From the NCBI GenBank assembly GCA_000090985.2, contig CP001330.1:1113874-1145873 (forward strand): a stretch of DNA of 32,000 nt, read 5' to 3'. The notes beneath the pieces are model-generated. The model was not told the origin of the DNA. It did no database searches and worked only from the letters and a program-made list of their open reading frames with translations. How positions within the stretch are numbered: the first letter of the stretch is position 1; each line of letters begins with the position of its first letter. Below, one piece after another: positions 1 to 9,598 of this stretch. Made by a program: the position numbers and the translations under genes. The stretch is from Micromonas sp. (lineage: Eukaryota).

Positions 1-791
1 CTCGGTCGCTCGAGCGCGAGCGCGAAACGGTTTTCGCCGGCTACCAGTTTTTGCTCGAACCTCGCCGCCGGCGCGTCCACGTACCCGAGCACCCTCCCGT
101 CGCACGGCGGCAGCAGGTGGAATACCTTCACCCCGCGCACCACACAGTACACGTTCTCGTAGTGGTCCCTGTGGAACGTCGTGTGCGATCGTTCGTCGCC
201 GATCCACAGGTTCACCGCGTCCGGGCGTTTACCCAGCGCCTGCGACGCGAATGGAATCTCGTCGGCGCAATCGTCCACCAACGACGGGAACTCCTCGAGC
301 AGGCTGCCGCACTGCCTCGACACGTACGGCACCGCGGGTCGGCGGGACGCGTGCGCGTTCGCATCTGGATCCTCCGTCGGCGTCGCCAGCATCGTCGCGA
401 ACTCCCGTAACGTCATCTCCCTCTCCTCGGGTTGAACAAACACCTCGCCGGGCTTCATCTCGTCGTCCCCGAGGCCCGACACGGTCCAGCCGTCCGTGGA
501 GAGGAGGGCGTCTCCGCGTCCGTCAGGCGTCACGTTCACGGAGACCTTAGCGTCGCCCATCGCGTCGGCGAGGTAGTCGAGGTTCCATCGTTCCATCGCG
601 GGCCAGTCATCAAAGGCGCCGGTGATGACCGCGGGCCGATTCGACGAGACGTGGTCTCGGAGGAAGCCGATGGGTGACGGCGAGTGGACGCGAGGGACGT
701 GGGACACCAGCTCGTGCACCTCGCGCGAGAGCCACGCGAAGAGGTCGCGCGCGTTCGCGGCCTCGCCGTTCTCCGCTTCCCCGTCGCTCAT
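1..791 (-). CDS. JMJD7: JmjC/cupin-fold oxygenase, JMJD7-like. This is the 5' part of the gene (ATG at 791..789); the 3' end lies beyond the window start.
   Basis: Absent from the supplied ORF track because it runs off the edge. Manual reverse-complement translation from ATG 791..789 is uninterrupted. An in-frame TAG lies about 75 nt upstream with no ATG in between. The translation reads MSDGEAENGEAANARDLFAWLSREVHELVSHVPRVHSPSPIGFLRDHVSSNRPAVITGAFDDWPAMERWNLDYLADAMGDAKVSVNVTPDGRGDAL...VPYVSRQCGSLLEEFPSLVDDCADEIPFASQALGKRPDAVNLWIGDERSHTTFHRDHYENVYCVVRGVKVFHLLPP. This is collinear with animal JMJD7 as I recall it (HWPA..KW.L.YL; V.VTPDG.AD; MPDAVN.W.G; HKDHYENLYCVV.G.K.F), and the HxD iron ligands are present. 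Confidence 0.85.
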   Translation of the reverse strand, partial: MSDGEAENGEAANARDLFAWLSREVHELVSHVPRVHSPSPIGFLRDHVSSNRPAVITGAFDDWPAMERWNLDYLADAMGDAKVSVNVTPDGRGDALLSTDGWTVSGLGDDEMKPGEVFVQPEEREMTLREFATMLATPTEDPDANAHASRRPAVPYVSRQCGSLLEEFPSLVDDCADEIPFASQALGKRPDAVNLWIGDERSHTTFHRDHYENVYCVVRGVKVFHLLPPCDGRVLGYVDAPAARFEQKLVAGENRFALALERP

Positions 792-1032
792 CCCGTCGGG
801 GTCGCGGAGGAGCACCGAGCGGTGCACGGTGCGTACGCTTGTGGTCCACTTGCTGCGGACTAACTAAGGAAGCCAATTTACTACGGTAGGCTACTCTGCT
901 GCCAGTTGGAAATAGGAGCTCGCGCCAAGCCTAACATCGATGCCATCCGCCGGGGGTACCCGCGAAAGAGACTCGGAAGACAATCCGATTCATCTACGAC
1001 CATGACGACGAGAACTATGATATGGTCTCTCA

Positions 1033-2815
1033 TCACTTGCTCGCGGCTTCGTTCACGAGCTCAGCCGCGACGAACGCCCTGAGCTCCCCGTGCTTCACCT
1101 TCCACGCCGCCGTCTCCTCCTTCGCCGCCTTGGCCTCAGCCTCAGCCGCGGCGAGCCGCGCCTTGAGCTCCTCGACGTCATCGCCCCTCGCCGCGGTCGA
1201 TCCCCCCCGGCCGCCGACGCCACCGCCGCCGCCGACGTCGCCGACGCCGCCGCCCTTCTCGAAACCCTTCGCGCGCTTCGACCCTTCGCCGCCATCCCGA
1301 TCAAACGTCGTCACCTCGTCGACACCTCTCAGGACCGCGCCGACGCACCCGCCGCGCATCACCGTCGGTGCACCCTCCCACGACCGAATTGTACCCTTAC
1401 CCGCCGACCCGACCCCTCCTCCGCCTCCTCCGCCCGTCGCGAACCTGCTAAACGGAGCCAACGGCGCGAGCTTCCTCTTCTCCCCGACTCCGTCCTCCCC
1501 GGCGATCCTTCGCCGCGGAGCCAGCGCCAGCGCGGAGAAGGCCAACCCCCGCGGGTGCCTCAGCACGTGCGTGGTCTGCCGCGACGCGACGTCCCACACC
1601 CGACACGTCCCGTCGTCCGACGCGCTCACCACGCGTTCGCCGTCGGCGGTGCACGCGAGCGCGGATATTGAGCGGGTGTGTCCCTCCAACGTCGCCGCCG
1701 CGCCCGACCGTCCGTCGCTCCGCCCAACACCCGTCGAACCCGTCGCCGCGGCCTCGCCGATCGCCGCGGACGCGTTGAGCGGCACCTCGAACACGCGTCC
1801 GTCGACGGCGCCGGCGTAGAGCGTCGCCTCGCACGCGTCGATCGCGACGGCGCCGATCGCCGCCGGGAGCGAGATCGTCCGCAGCAGGTGTCCCCCGCCC
1901 AGGGTCCAAATCTTGCACGTCCTGTCCGCGGATCCCGAGACGACGAGCCCGGCGCCGCCCCCGTCGCACTGACCGACGGTGATGGCGGTGACCGGGAGTG
2001 AGTGTTCCGCCCACGAGTGCGCCGGCGTCGGCGAAGGGTGCGAGTTTTGGGCCGGGTCGAGCAGGGTCGCGAGGGTCCACGCCGATACCACCGTGTCGTC
2101 CCCCCCGGTGACGAGCACCGACCCGTCGGGGGTGAACGCCATCGCGGATACCGCCTTGAAGTGCGCGGGCCACGTGCGCAGGAGCTTGCCCGTGGCGCAC
2201 TCCCACACGTACGCGGCTCCGGTGAGGGATCCGCCGGCGAAAAAGGCTCCGTCGGGTGACGACGCCACCACCCCCATGGGCTCGCCCACGAAGAACTTGT
2301 GCAGCGCGGACTCCTTGTCCAGCCCCCACACGTCGAGCGCGTTCTTCGACACCTGCGCGCTCACTGCGTCGGGTGGGAAGGGGGGAAGAAAACGGGCGGG
2401 TCAGTCGGGGAAGGGACGGAGCGGGGTGAAGACGCGGAGAAGGGCGACGGAATCTGCCGCCGCTCCGCGAGCCGCCGCCGCGGCGGACGGGTCGCGGGAT
2501 CGCGCCGAGCGCTCACCGAGGTAGTCTTCGCCGAGCTTGCACAGCCCGCCGCGGCCGCACGCCGTCGTCCTGATGCGTGGAGAGGATGGAGTAGGAGGTC
2601 AGTCGGGTCCGTTACCCGTCGGGGCCGGCGCCGCCTCGCCGTGCGCCCATCGTCGTGGTTCGTCGGCGGCTCGGCGCGGGGAAAAACGGGAGAGGCGCGA
2701 CGCACTTGTACGCCTTGAGCTGCATGCCCGTGCGCACGTCCCACGCCTGCACGGGACCCTCCGCGCTGCTCCCGGTGAGCACCACCTCATCGAGAAAGTT
2801 GGCGACAGCGGTCAT
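1033..2815 (-). CDS. WDR18: WD40-repeat protein, WDR18 / IPI3 / RID3 homolog (pre-rRNA processing). Three exons: 2706..2815, 2517..2569, 1033..2363.
   Basis: ORF 1033..2364 carries WD40 blades (LVTGGDDTVVSAW, VVSGSADRTCKIW, VVSASDDGTCRVWDV) and a C-terminal coiled coil. Its track 'M' is a GTG that is really a split codon. Manual splicing adds exon 1 (ATG 2815..2813: MTAVANFLDEVVLTGSSAEGPVQAWDVRTGMQLKAYK) and a 53-nt exon 2 (TTACGRGGLCKLGEDYL). These join in frame to VSAQVSKNALDVWGLDK. The joined N-terminus is collinear with human WDR18 as I recall it ([44 protein letters not shown]). The upstream 'M' at 2833 in the track is GTG. Confidence 0.85.
2364..2516 (-). other. Spliceosomal intron 2 of the WDR18-like gene (153 nt)
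   Basis: On the minus strand: donor CTCG|GTGAGC, branch-like CGACTGACC 35 nt before the acceptor, acceptor GACGCAG|TG. The split codon G|TG gives Val. Confidence 0.8.
2570..2705 (-). other. Spliceosomal intron 1 of the WDR18-like gene (136 nt)
   Basis: On the minus strand: donor CAA|GTGCGT, branch-like CGACTGACC 32 nt before the acceptor, acceptor CATCAG|G. Removing it restores the frame and homology. Confidence 0.75.
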
Positions 2816-2989
2816 CGTCGGAGCGCGTCGCACGAGAGGCTGTGTGGCGCTCTGTCCACCGTCGGTGAGCTTTTCGTGCTCGTCACGAACCCGCGCGAGA
2901 AAACGAACTTCCCGAGAGAGAAATCAGTTTTGTCGGCCGCCCGCGCAGAACCCCGCGCGCCTTAGGGACCCGCACGGCGAGAGAGAAGC

Positions 2990-4822
2990 ATGGGCAGGGG
3001 AAGCGTCGCGGTACCTTCACGCGCAAAGGCGAAGAGCGGCGGGATCGTTTGCTGCATGAAGCCCGCGGTTTCGCTCGGAACCCCGACGCCACAGGGCAAA
3101 GATGCGTTTCGTCGCGCCTCCGCCGGTGCCCCTGATGCGTTGACAAGCGCCGGTGGAGACCCGTCAGGGTCCCAAGAGACGCGCGAGAACGGCGCAAAGA
3201 GCGTTAAATCCTCAGGTTCGACCAGATATACCGTCGCATCGGCATCCTCCCGCGCGGTCACGTCCCAACCTCCCCCGACGCCCCGTCCCCCTCTCGGCAC
3301 CGGCTCCGGTATTTCCGAGACGTCTAAATCTGAGCTCTTTCCCCCCGACCCGAAACCTTCAGGGACGCGCACGTCGCATCGAAGGAGCCCGCTCGGGGAC
3401 GTTTCCAACGTCAGCACCACCCCGGATGACACCGCGGCGAAGCTCCACCGCGGTTGGGGGAGCGGGAGCTTCCACGCGTCACCGCCCGACGACGAGAAAC
3501 CCGACCGATCCCCGGCGTTGGAACTGGCCGAGAGGGCGCTGTCCACCGCGAACGGCCTCCGCGACCTGTCCCAAGTCCTGTCCCCGGCCTACGCGTCTCC
3601 CGGCATCGTCGACGGCGCCCACGGCGATGTTGATAACGAGCTCGATCGGGTGTACGGGCGGTACAAGGCGCACGCGGCGACGCGGACGCCCGGGTTCGCC
3701 GAGGACGATCGACCCAAACCGGCGACGTGGGCGACGAAACAGCCCGGTGAGTCACCGCCCGGTGAGTCATCACCGCCGGAGAGCTCAGCCGTTTCACAGC
3801 CGTTTCCCGCCGGCGCCGCAGTCACGCTGGCGCACGCGCTCGGTCGATGGAGGGAGGCGTCGTCCGTGTCCGCGGTGCGATCCGTCGCGAAGCGAGAGAA
3901 GGACCAGCTCACGACGCTCCTCAGGGAACAGGCGGACGCGTGCGACGCCGAGGTGAACGCGCTCACCGCCGAGATTGAGGACCTGATGGAGGCGCTCGCG
4001 GAGTCGGGGTCGGAGAGTTCGAGGCTCAGGTGGAGGTGGTCGGCTCGCGCGGGTGTGCTGGCCGAGAGGTGCAACGGCTACAGGCGCGAGGCGAACAGGC
4101 TGCGGGCCAAGGCGAGCGGGCTCGAGTCGCAGCTGTCGAGCGTGGAGGCTCACATCGCCGACGCGGCGAAGGACTTTGAGGTGCTGAGGGAGAAGCTGAA
4201 CGAGTCGAGGAGGGAAACGGAACGGGCACGAGCCGGAGAGGACGAGGCGAGACGGCAGCTCGTCGCCGCGCAGGCTGCCGCCGCGGATGCCATCGCCGCC
4301 GCCGCGATGGTCGCGGCTTCTCCAAACGCGATACGCGCGGACGTCTCCAACGACGCCATGCGCGAAGCGATGAGGAAGCAGCTCAAGGAGGAGTTACGCG
4401 CCGAGGTTGAGAGGGAAGTCAGAAACGAAATGGGGACGTCCGGTCGCGATGCGTCCGCAGACGTCCACGCGCTCTCCGGGTCAGTGGCGAGATCCGTCGA
4501 GTCGTTGCTTCACGGCGGAAAGTCGGCTCAGGTTCGGCAGTTATCGGCTGCCCGCATGGAAGCGACGCAACGGTGCTCGAGTAACCTGGCGGCGATGAGG
4601 GCGGCGGGTGTCGAGACGCTCAAACTCGACGAGGACGAATCCCGTGGCGGCGTCGAGTCGGCAGAGCTCATCAGCCTGATTGCCGCTCACGCGTTGCAGC
4701 GTTGCGAGGCGCACCCTCACGGGGACGGCGCGAGGGCGTTCTACAGGGCTGCGAGGAGGGTGGAGCTCGCCGCGATGGCGTGCCAGCCTCAGTACAAAAA
4801 GCGTGACGGTCGACGGACGTGA
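2990..4822 (+). CDS. Hypothetical protein with a Ser/Pro-rich N-terminal half and a long coiled-coil C-terminal half. No family recognised.
   Basis: A 610-codon ORF with a true ATG at 2990 and TGA at 4820..4822. Residues from about 300 to 480 are heptad-like and Ala/Glu/Arg-rich (EIEDLMEALAES..., LESQLSSVEAHIADAAKDFEVLREKLNESRRETERARAGEDEARRQL). It is divergent from the WDR18-like gene with a 174-bp spacer. The start codon is uncertain; an alternative ATG lies near 3053. Confidence 0.6.
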   Translation: MGRGSVAVPSRAKAKSGGIVCCMKPAVSLGTPTPQGKDAFRRASAGAPDALTSAGGDPSGSQETRENGAKSVKSSGSTRYTVASASSRAVTSQPPPTPRPPLGTGSGISETSKSELFPPDPKPSGTRTSHRRSPLGDVSNVSTTPDDTAAKLHRGWGSGSFHASPPDDEKPDRSPALELAERALSTANGLRDLSQVLSPAYASPGIVDGAHGDVDNELDRVYGRYKAHAATRTPGFAEDDRPKPATWATKQPGESPPGESSPPESSAVSQPFPAGAAVTLAHALGRWREASSVSAVRSVAKREKDQLTTLLREQADACDAEVNALTAEIEDLMEALAESGSESSRLRWRWSARAGVLAERCNGYRREANRLRAKASGLESQLSSVEAHIADAAKDFEVLREKLNESRRETERARAGEDEARRQLVAAQAAAADAIAAAAMVAASPNAIRADVSNDAMREAMRKQLKEELRAEVEREVRNEMGTSGRDASADVHALSGSVARSVESLLHGGKSAQVRQLSAARMEATQRCSSNLAAMRAAGVETLKLDEDESRGGVESAELISLIAAHALQRCEAHPHGDGARAFYRAARRVELAAMACQPQYKKRDGRRT

Positions 4823-4863
4823 CGTAGCTCGCTCTTTTCATTCGTAATACATGCAACGCTTAA

Positions 4864-7425
4864 TCATACACGAAACCTTCCGCCGGGCACCGACACGGGT
4901 CTGGCTCCCGTGATGCCGAGTCCGAGCCCATCCGCCGCGGCGGGTTTCCCCGCGCTGACGCTCGTCCTCTTCTGCTTGCCCGTGGACGCTTCAACTCGAG
5001 TGACGTCCACGCTGGACGCCATCGCGAAACTCTTGGTGCCGACGGCAACCTTCTCGACCTTGACCGGCACCGGCGGGCGCCTGGAGGACGGAGCCTTATC
5101 CCTCGCCTTTTGCGACTCCTGTTCCTTCGCCAACGATCTGTTAGTGCGCAGCGCGGGACCGGCACCGAACCCGGTCCTCGCCGCGGGCTTGGCCTGCTCG
5201 CCCGCGACGTCCATCTTGAGCATCAGCTTCTCCACGTCCGCCACCGTCGGCGTTCTACCCTTGGCGATTGTCCCGGTGACGCCCCGCCGTCCGAGCTTGG
5301 CCTTTGCGGCGGCGGCGGCGGCAGCCTTGGCTGCGGCAGCCGCTGCCGCCGCGGCGGCCTGCTGCGGAGTCACCGAGGGAGACACGGGTTGTGTTTTGGC
5401 CTCCTTCGCCGCGGCGAGCGCGTCCATGGTCTTTTTACCCATCAGTCGCTCGTACGTGGTGGTTTGAATCTTGGAAGTTGTCTTTGACTTTCGATCGTCT
5501 TCGCCGTTGCCCTCGTTGGAGGATGCGGAACTTCGTCTGCTCGTCGCGGTCAGACCGTGCGCGTTTTGCACCAGATCCGCGTCAATCATGCGGTCCAGGA
5601 GGGTCTTGTCGTACGAAAATCCACTCCACCATCCGCCCTTGTCTCCGCCCGACGCGGTCCTCGCAACGGAGGCGAGAGCCGCGACGTCCCCAACGCGACC
5701 GGTCCTGTTCTTATTCTCCAACGCCATGTCGATCACTTTCTTCCACCCGTCGCCTGTGGGTTGCCTCCGACCCGTCTTTTTGAACAGCAAGCGCACCTCC
5801 GTCTCCGTCGCTTTCCTCAGCGCCTGTTTCTTGGCTCGTTCCATCACCTGGTTGAGGTTGTGCGGCTGGCCCTTGGTCTCCCACAGTTCCTTGCACGTCT
5901 GCAGGAGCTGCTCGTACGTAGCCTGACGCTCGGGATCCGTCGAAGGACACGCGATCTCGTACGAGCCGCTGTGTTCCTCCTCCCACTTTTCGCGTTCGCG
6001 TAATAGCCTCTCGCGCCTCGTCTGTAAGCGCTCCTCGCGGGTTTTGCCATCCTCGCTCGACGCGCTTCCGGTCCTGCTCCCCGTCCACTTGCCCGCGAAT
6101 AGACGGGACATGGCATCCGCCTTTGCCTTCTCCTCCATCTTCGCCAGAGCCTTGGCGTCGATACCCACGAGGTCGATCGTGTCGCTGATGAGGTCCTCCT
6201 TGACGGCGAGGTCCAGTGGGGTGTCCGTGGTGAACGACGGCGAATGATTCACCTCGATGAGCCAAGGCTTCAGGTCCTGGTCCATCATCACGTCGAGACC
6301 CAGAATCTCGAAGCACGAGTACCCGTCGTTAGTCTCGGGGGGCAGAGCCTGCTTGTAGTTATACGCCAGCGCTGGCTGCGCGCTGATGACGGTCTTGACG
6401 ATCAGGTCCTTGACCTCGGCCCACATCTTGTTAAAGTCCAGATCGGAGTCCTCCATCCACTGGCGGAGGCCGTGAATCGTCCACTTGGATCCCGCCGCGT
6501 CGCTGTCGCCATCCTCGTTGAAGACGAAGTTTTCGTTCTTCTTGTTCACCGCGTAGTTCGTCAGGTGCATGTACGCGGTCTTGAGGTTCGAGGACTTGGG
6601 CGCCTCGTACTTCTCCGTGCAGAACCGCGCCAAGCCGTCGTCAAACAGGAATATCCGCAGAGGATCGGCGCACAGCACGAGGGCGTACACGCGAAGATCG
6701 AACTTGTATCCGTCGATGAGCAACGGACGGTCCAGGTACCGCTGCGCCACGACCGGTGCCCTGGTCCTGCCGACGTTCTCCCCGCCTCCTCCCAGGGAAT
6801 CGAGCGCCTTGCACGCCTGTCGCTCGTCCTGCACCAGAGAGATTCCCCTCCCCTGGCATCCGGCGTCGGGCTTGAGGATGAACGTCTTTCGCCTGGACTT
6901 CTTGGCGTCGTCGACGGTCCTGAACTCCTCCAAGAACTCTTCGAGCTGCGCGGGGAGGTTGTACGTCTTCGGAGAGAAGTCGAACTCGTGCGGGTACACA
7001 ACCTCGAGCCGCGCCAGGTTCCTCGCGAGGCTCCTCTTGCGGCATATTTCCAGCATGCCGACAAAGTGGTTGATCTTCTGACCGGGCTTCAACCGCATGA
7101 GGCGGTCGGCGGTGATGGACGTGTCTGTCCAATACAGGTTCCACGCGTCCGGATCATCATCGTACACCTCCTTCCATCCCAGTTTGGACTTCACGGTCCT
7201 CAGCAGGGGGTACTTACAGCTGCTCAGGTTGATGGCGACGGTGCTCGTCCCGCCCCGTTTCCTCGCCTTCTTGGACGCGGCGCGGAGCATATCGCTGGGG
7301 CTGTAGGAGGGGTGACCCGGCGAGTGCTGGTGGTTGAGCCGCTCATTATCCGAGTTGGACGTCTCCGACGAGCTCGTCGACGGGCGCCCCGAGCTGGAGC
7401 GCGAGCTCGCGGACCTCGGCGCCAT
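4864..7425 (-). CDS. TTLL: Tubulin-tyrosine-ligase-like protein (tubulin polyglutamylase, TTLL6-like)
   Basis: An 853-aa ORF with ATG at 7425..7423 and TGA at 4866..4864. It has a complete TTL/ATP-grasp core: WNLYWTDTS...KINHFVGMLEICRKRSLARNL...FILKPDAGCQGRGISLV...VAQRYLDRPLLIDGYKFDLRVYALVLCADPLRIFLFDDGLARFCTEKY...MHLTNYAVNK...CFEILGLDVMMDQDLKPWLIEVNHSPSF. This is near-collinear with human TTLL6 as I recall it. The C-terminal tail is low complexity, including a poly-Ala stretch. Confidence 0.9.
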   Translation of the reverse strand: MAPRSASSRSSSGRPSTSSSETSNSDNERLNHQHSPGHPSYSPSDMLRAASKKARKRGGTSTVAINLSSCKYPLLRTVKSKLGWKEVYDDDPDAWNLYWTDTSITADRLMRLKPGQKINHFVGMLEICRKRSLARNLARLEVVYPHEFDFSPKTYNLPAQLEEFLEEFRTVDDAKKSRRKTFILKPDAGCQGRGISLVQDERQACKALDSLGGGGENVGRTRAPVVAQRYLDRPLLIDGYKFDLRVYALVLCADPLRIFLFDDGLARFCTEKYEAPKSSNLKTAYMHLTNYAVNKKNENFVFNEDGDSDAAGSKWTIHGLRQWMEDSDLDFNKMWAEVKDLIVKTVISAQPALAYNYKQALPPETNDGYSCFEILGLDVMMDQDLKPWLIEVNHSPSFTTDTPLDLAVKEDLISDTIDLVGIDAKALAKMEEKAKADAMSRLFAGKWTGSRTGSASSEDGKTREERLQTRRERLLREREKWEEEHSGSYEIACPSTDPERQATYEQLLQTCKELWETKGQPHNLNQVMERAKKQALRKATETEVRLLFKKTGRRQPTGDGWKKVIDMALENKNRTGRVGDVAALASVARTASGGDKGGWWSGFSYDKTLLDRMIDADLVQNAHGLTATSRRSSASSNEGNGEDDRKSKTTSKIQTTTYERLMGKKTMDALAAAKEAKTQPVSPSVTPQQAAAAAAAAAAKAAAAAAAKAKLGRRGVTGTIAKGRTPTVADVEKLMLKMDVAGEQAKPAARTGFGAGPALRTNRSLAKEQESQKARDKAPSSRRPPVPVKVEKVAVGTKSFAMASSVDVTRVEASTGKQKRTSVSAGKPAAADGLGLGITGARPVSVPGGRFRV
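5304..5366 (-). repeat. GCN-rich simple repeat encoding the poly-Ala tract (AAAAAAAAAAKAAAAAAAKA) in the TTLL tail
   Basis: Visible run gcggcggcggcggcagccttggctgcggcagccgctgccgccgcggcggc. The boundaries are approximate. Confidence 0.6.
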
Positions 7426-7824
7426 GTCGTCGCGCGAACTGTTTTCCGAGAGTCACAAACGCTCTCTCCGGAACCCGCAGATTCCCCCCTCCAATGCCGC
7501 GCGCGAACACCTCTACCTCGCGCGCCGCGGATGTGCCGACCGAGAGGAGAGCTTCACGATGCACCTCGACTCGTTCGGTCGCTCTCGGCTCTCCGGGATG
7601 GCGTCGCTGCCTCGGCGCTTGTGCCGGCGACCGCGTTGACTTTCCCCCTCTGCATTTCGTGACGCTCATCATTTTCCGCGCTGCGAGCCGCGAAATCCAC
7701 TTTTTAGGTTATGGGACCCCTGAAACACGTCACTGGATAAGCCCACGCGACCGGCGGCCTGGACCGCGCCATTGACAACGACGCCGACGACGTTCTCGCC
7801 GACGCCCGAATCCTAACAGTAGAC

Positions 7825-8537
7825 ATGTCTACCGTCACCGCATTCACCACCTTCACCGGTCTCAAGGCCGCCCCCCAGGTGCGCGAACCCCGCGATCCCA
7901 GCGCCGCCTGAGCCCGCCTTCAGGGTTTGAGGGTTTTGGACCGCAGCATCTTTCGTCCGTCAATTGAGCTGACCGAGCCTCCCCCGCTTCCACGATACAG
8001 GGCGTCCGCACCACCAAGGCTGTCGCCGCCCGCCCCGCCGGCCGCGTCGCCCGCCTCAACGTGCAGGCCAACAAGAAGGTTGCCAAGAAGACCTCCGTCG
8101 TCCTCATCAAGGACGTGCCCAACTACGGCAGCGCCGGCGACGTCGTCAACGTGTCCATGGGTTACTTCCGCAACAACCTCGAGCCCTTCGGCATCGCGAA
8201 GAAGGCCACCGGCGACATCCTCGCCCAGGTCGCCGCCGACGCCGCCGCCCAGGTTGCCGCCAAGCAGGCCGAGCAGGCTGGCGCCAAGGCCATCGCCACC
8301 GCGCTCCAGACCATCGGCAAGTTCGTGGTGAAGAAGACTGTGGGTGAGGACGGCAAGATCTTCGGCAGCGTCACCACGCAGGACGTCGTCGACGCGGTGA
8401 AGCAGCAGACCAGCAAGGAGCTCGACAAGAAGGCCATGACCGTGCCGGATATCAGCGAAGTGGGCACCTACGAGGTCACCGTCAAGCTCCACCCCGAGGT
8501 GACCGGCAAGTTCAACCTCGAGGTCCAGAAGGCGTAA
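7825..8537 (+). CDS. RPL9: Plastid-targeted bacterial-type ribosomal protein L9 (bL9c). Two exons: 7825..7878 and 8001..8537.
   Basis: Exon 2 encodes KKTSVVLIKDVPNYGSAGDVVNVSMGYFRNNLEPFGIAKKAT...GKIFGSVTTQDVVDAVKQQTSKELDKKAMTVPDISEVGTYEVTVKLHPEVTGKFNLEVQKA, which is typical bacterial L9. The track 'M' at 8061 is GTG. The true ATG at 7825 (MSTVTAFTTFTGLKAAPQ) joins in phase 0 across a 122-nt intron to GVRTTKAVAARPAGRVARLNVQANKK, giving a Ser/Thr/Ala/Arg-rich transit-peptide-like leader. The stop is TAA at 8535..8537. Confidence 0.9.
7879..8000 (+). other. Spliceosomal intron of the plastid L9 gene (122 nt)
   Basis: Donor CAG|GTGCGC at 7879, branch-like GAGCTGACC 27 nt before the acceptor, acceptor GATACAG|G ending at 8000. 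The frame is preserved (8061-8001=60). Confidence 0.85.
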
Positions 8538-8748
8538 TTGTTTGCAGACGATGTAGCGCGCAGCGGGAGATTTAGAGTTGACCATTTTTTGGATGGCGAT
8601 GGGACGGATCGCTTGTTAGAGGGGGGGGAGGAGCAGAGCTCCGTGTCGCCACGTGCGGAGACGACGCGCGTCGTTTCGGCGGCGATGAAACAACAGAGGC
8701 AAATGTCGATATCATTACAGTCGAGTCCTTTGAACGGTTCGCGCGCCG

Positions 8749-9339
8749 TCAGCGGCTGCGGTAGAACGGCGTATCTCCGAACCTTCCGTCGTACGTCTCG
8801 TATCCCCACGCGTCGAACACGTCCGTCGGGTCGTCCTCGACGGGTTCCACCGACGCGTCGCTAAACCCGTATTCTTCCTCGTCGTATTCTTCCTCATCCT
8901 CCGCTAGTTGCTCGCGCCGCGCGTTGATCTCAGCCGCGGCTCGGTAATCCTCGGGGGTTATTCCCAACCTCGTCAACGCCTCGCCGAGGTTGTATATGGC
9001 GTCGAACAGGGCGGGAAGACTGTACCAGACGGGCGCGAGCCACTGCGTGAGGTGCCTGCCGTGGGTCGTGCCGCCGCCGAGGTTGAGCGCGGGCGTCTGC
9101 GGAGGTCCCCACTCGTAAGGGGAGGAGGCGGTGACCATCACGCCGCACGCGACGAGAAAAAGGGAGAGGACGACGCCGGACGCGTACACGACGGCCCTGG
9201 ATGGGACGCCATCCGTGTCTTGCCGCGCGAACGGCCCCCATGACGCCACCGTTCCGTGCACGGGCAGCACGGGCACGCGGTCGAGGTGCTGGCGTGAGCT
9301 TCGACGGTCGAGGGTCGGGTGGGCGGTCGTCCTGAGCAT
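8749..9339 (-). CDS. Hypothetical single-pass membrane protein with an acidic C-terminus. No family recognised.
   Basis: ORF 8749..9504 in the track starts on a TTG. The first real ATG is at 9339..9337 (MLRTTAHPTLDRRSS..., basic and hydroxylated, presequence-like). There is one hydrophobic helix (AVVYASGVVLSLFLVACGVMVTA). The tail is EDEEEYDEEEYGFSD...DAWGYETYDGRF. The stop is TGA at 8751..8749. Confidence 0.55.
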   Translation of the reverse strand: MLRTTAHPTLDRRSSRQHLDRVPVLPVHGTVASWGPFARQDTDGVPSRAVVYASGVVLSLFLVACGVMVTASSPYEWGPPQTPALNLGGGTTHGRHLTQWLAPVWYSLPALFDAIYNLGEALTRLGITPEDYRAAAEINARREQLAEDEEEYDEEEYGFSDASVEPVEDDPTDVFDAWGYETYDGRFGDTPFYRSR

Positions 9340-9598
9340 CCTTGGCTGGGCGAAAAGTGCGACCGCGTGGGACGAAGACGGGCGTTTCGAGCGGGTAGTG
9401 TCGATTTGCTCTAGCCTCACCAGCCGCGGAAGCCGCGCGAGGTCCGAACCGGCGCCGCCTTCGTTTGTCCTCGGAGCTGCGAAGTGACTCGGCTGAAACC
9501 ACAAAAATATCGGGACGCTCGACGACGACTTCGCAATCTATCATGCGCCCTGGGGACCGCGACACGAGCGCGCAGGGCCGACGAAACATCGTATCAGC

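Noticed and set aside
2962-3546. A 194-aa minus-strand ORF overlapping the 5' third of the 2990..4822 gene, which could have been a separate gene
   Set aside because: It shares third-codon positions with the plus ORF (both have wobble at positions congruent to 1 mod 3), so GC3 cannot discriminate. The plus frame stays open for 610 codons from a true ATG and has no internal ATG downstream of 3546 that could serve as an alternative start before the coiled coil. I treat the minus ORF as a shadow, but the call is not airtight.
3743-3760. An 18-nt identity (cccggtgagtcaccgccc) between the coiled-coil gene (3743..3760) and the Pro-rich gene (10049..10066), containing a perfect GGTGAGT donor
   Set aside because: Both copies are in frame and encode PGESPP within continuous high-GC3 ORFs, so no intron is needed. 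A short match between two Pro/Ser-rich low-complexity regions is plausibly chance. I cannot compute the expectation rigorously here.
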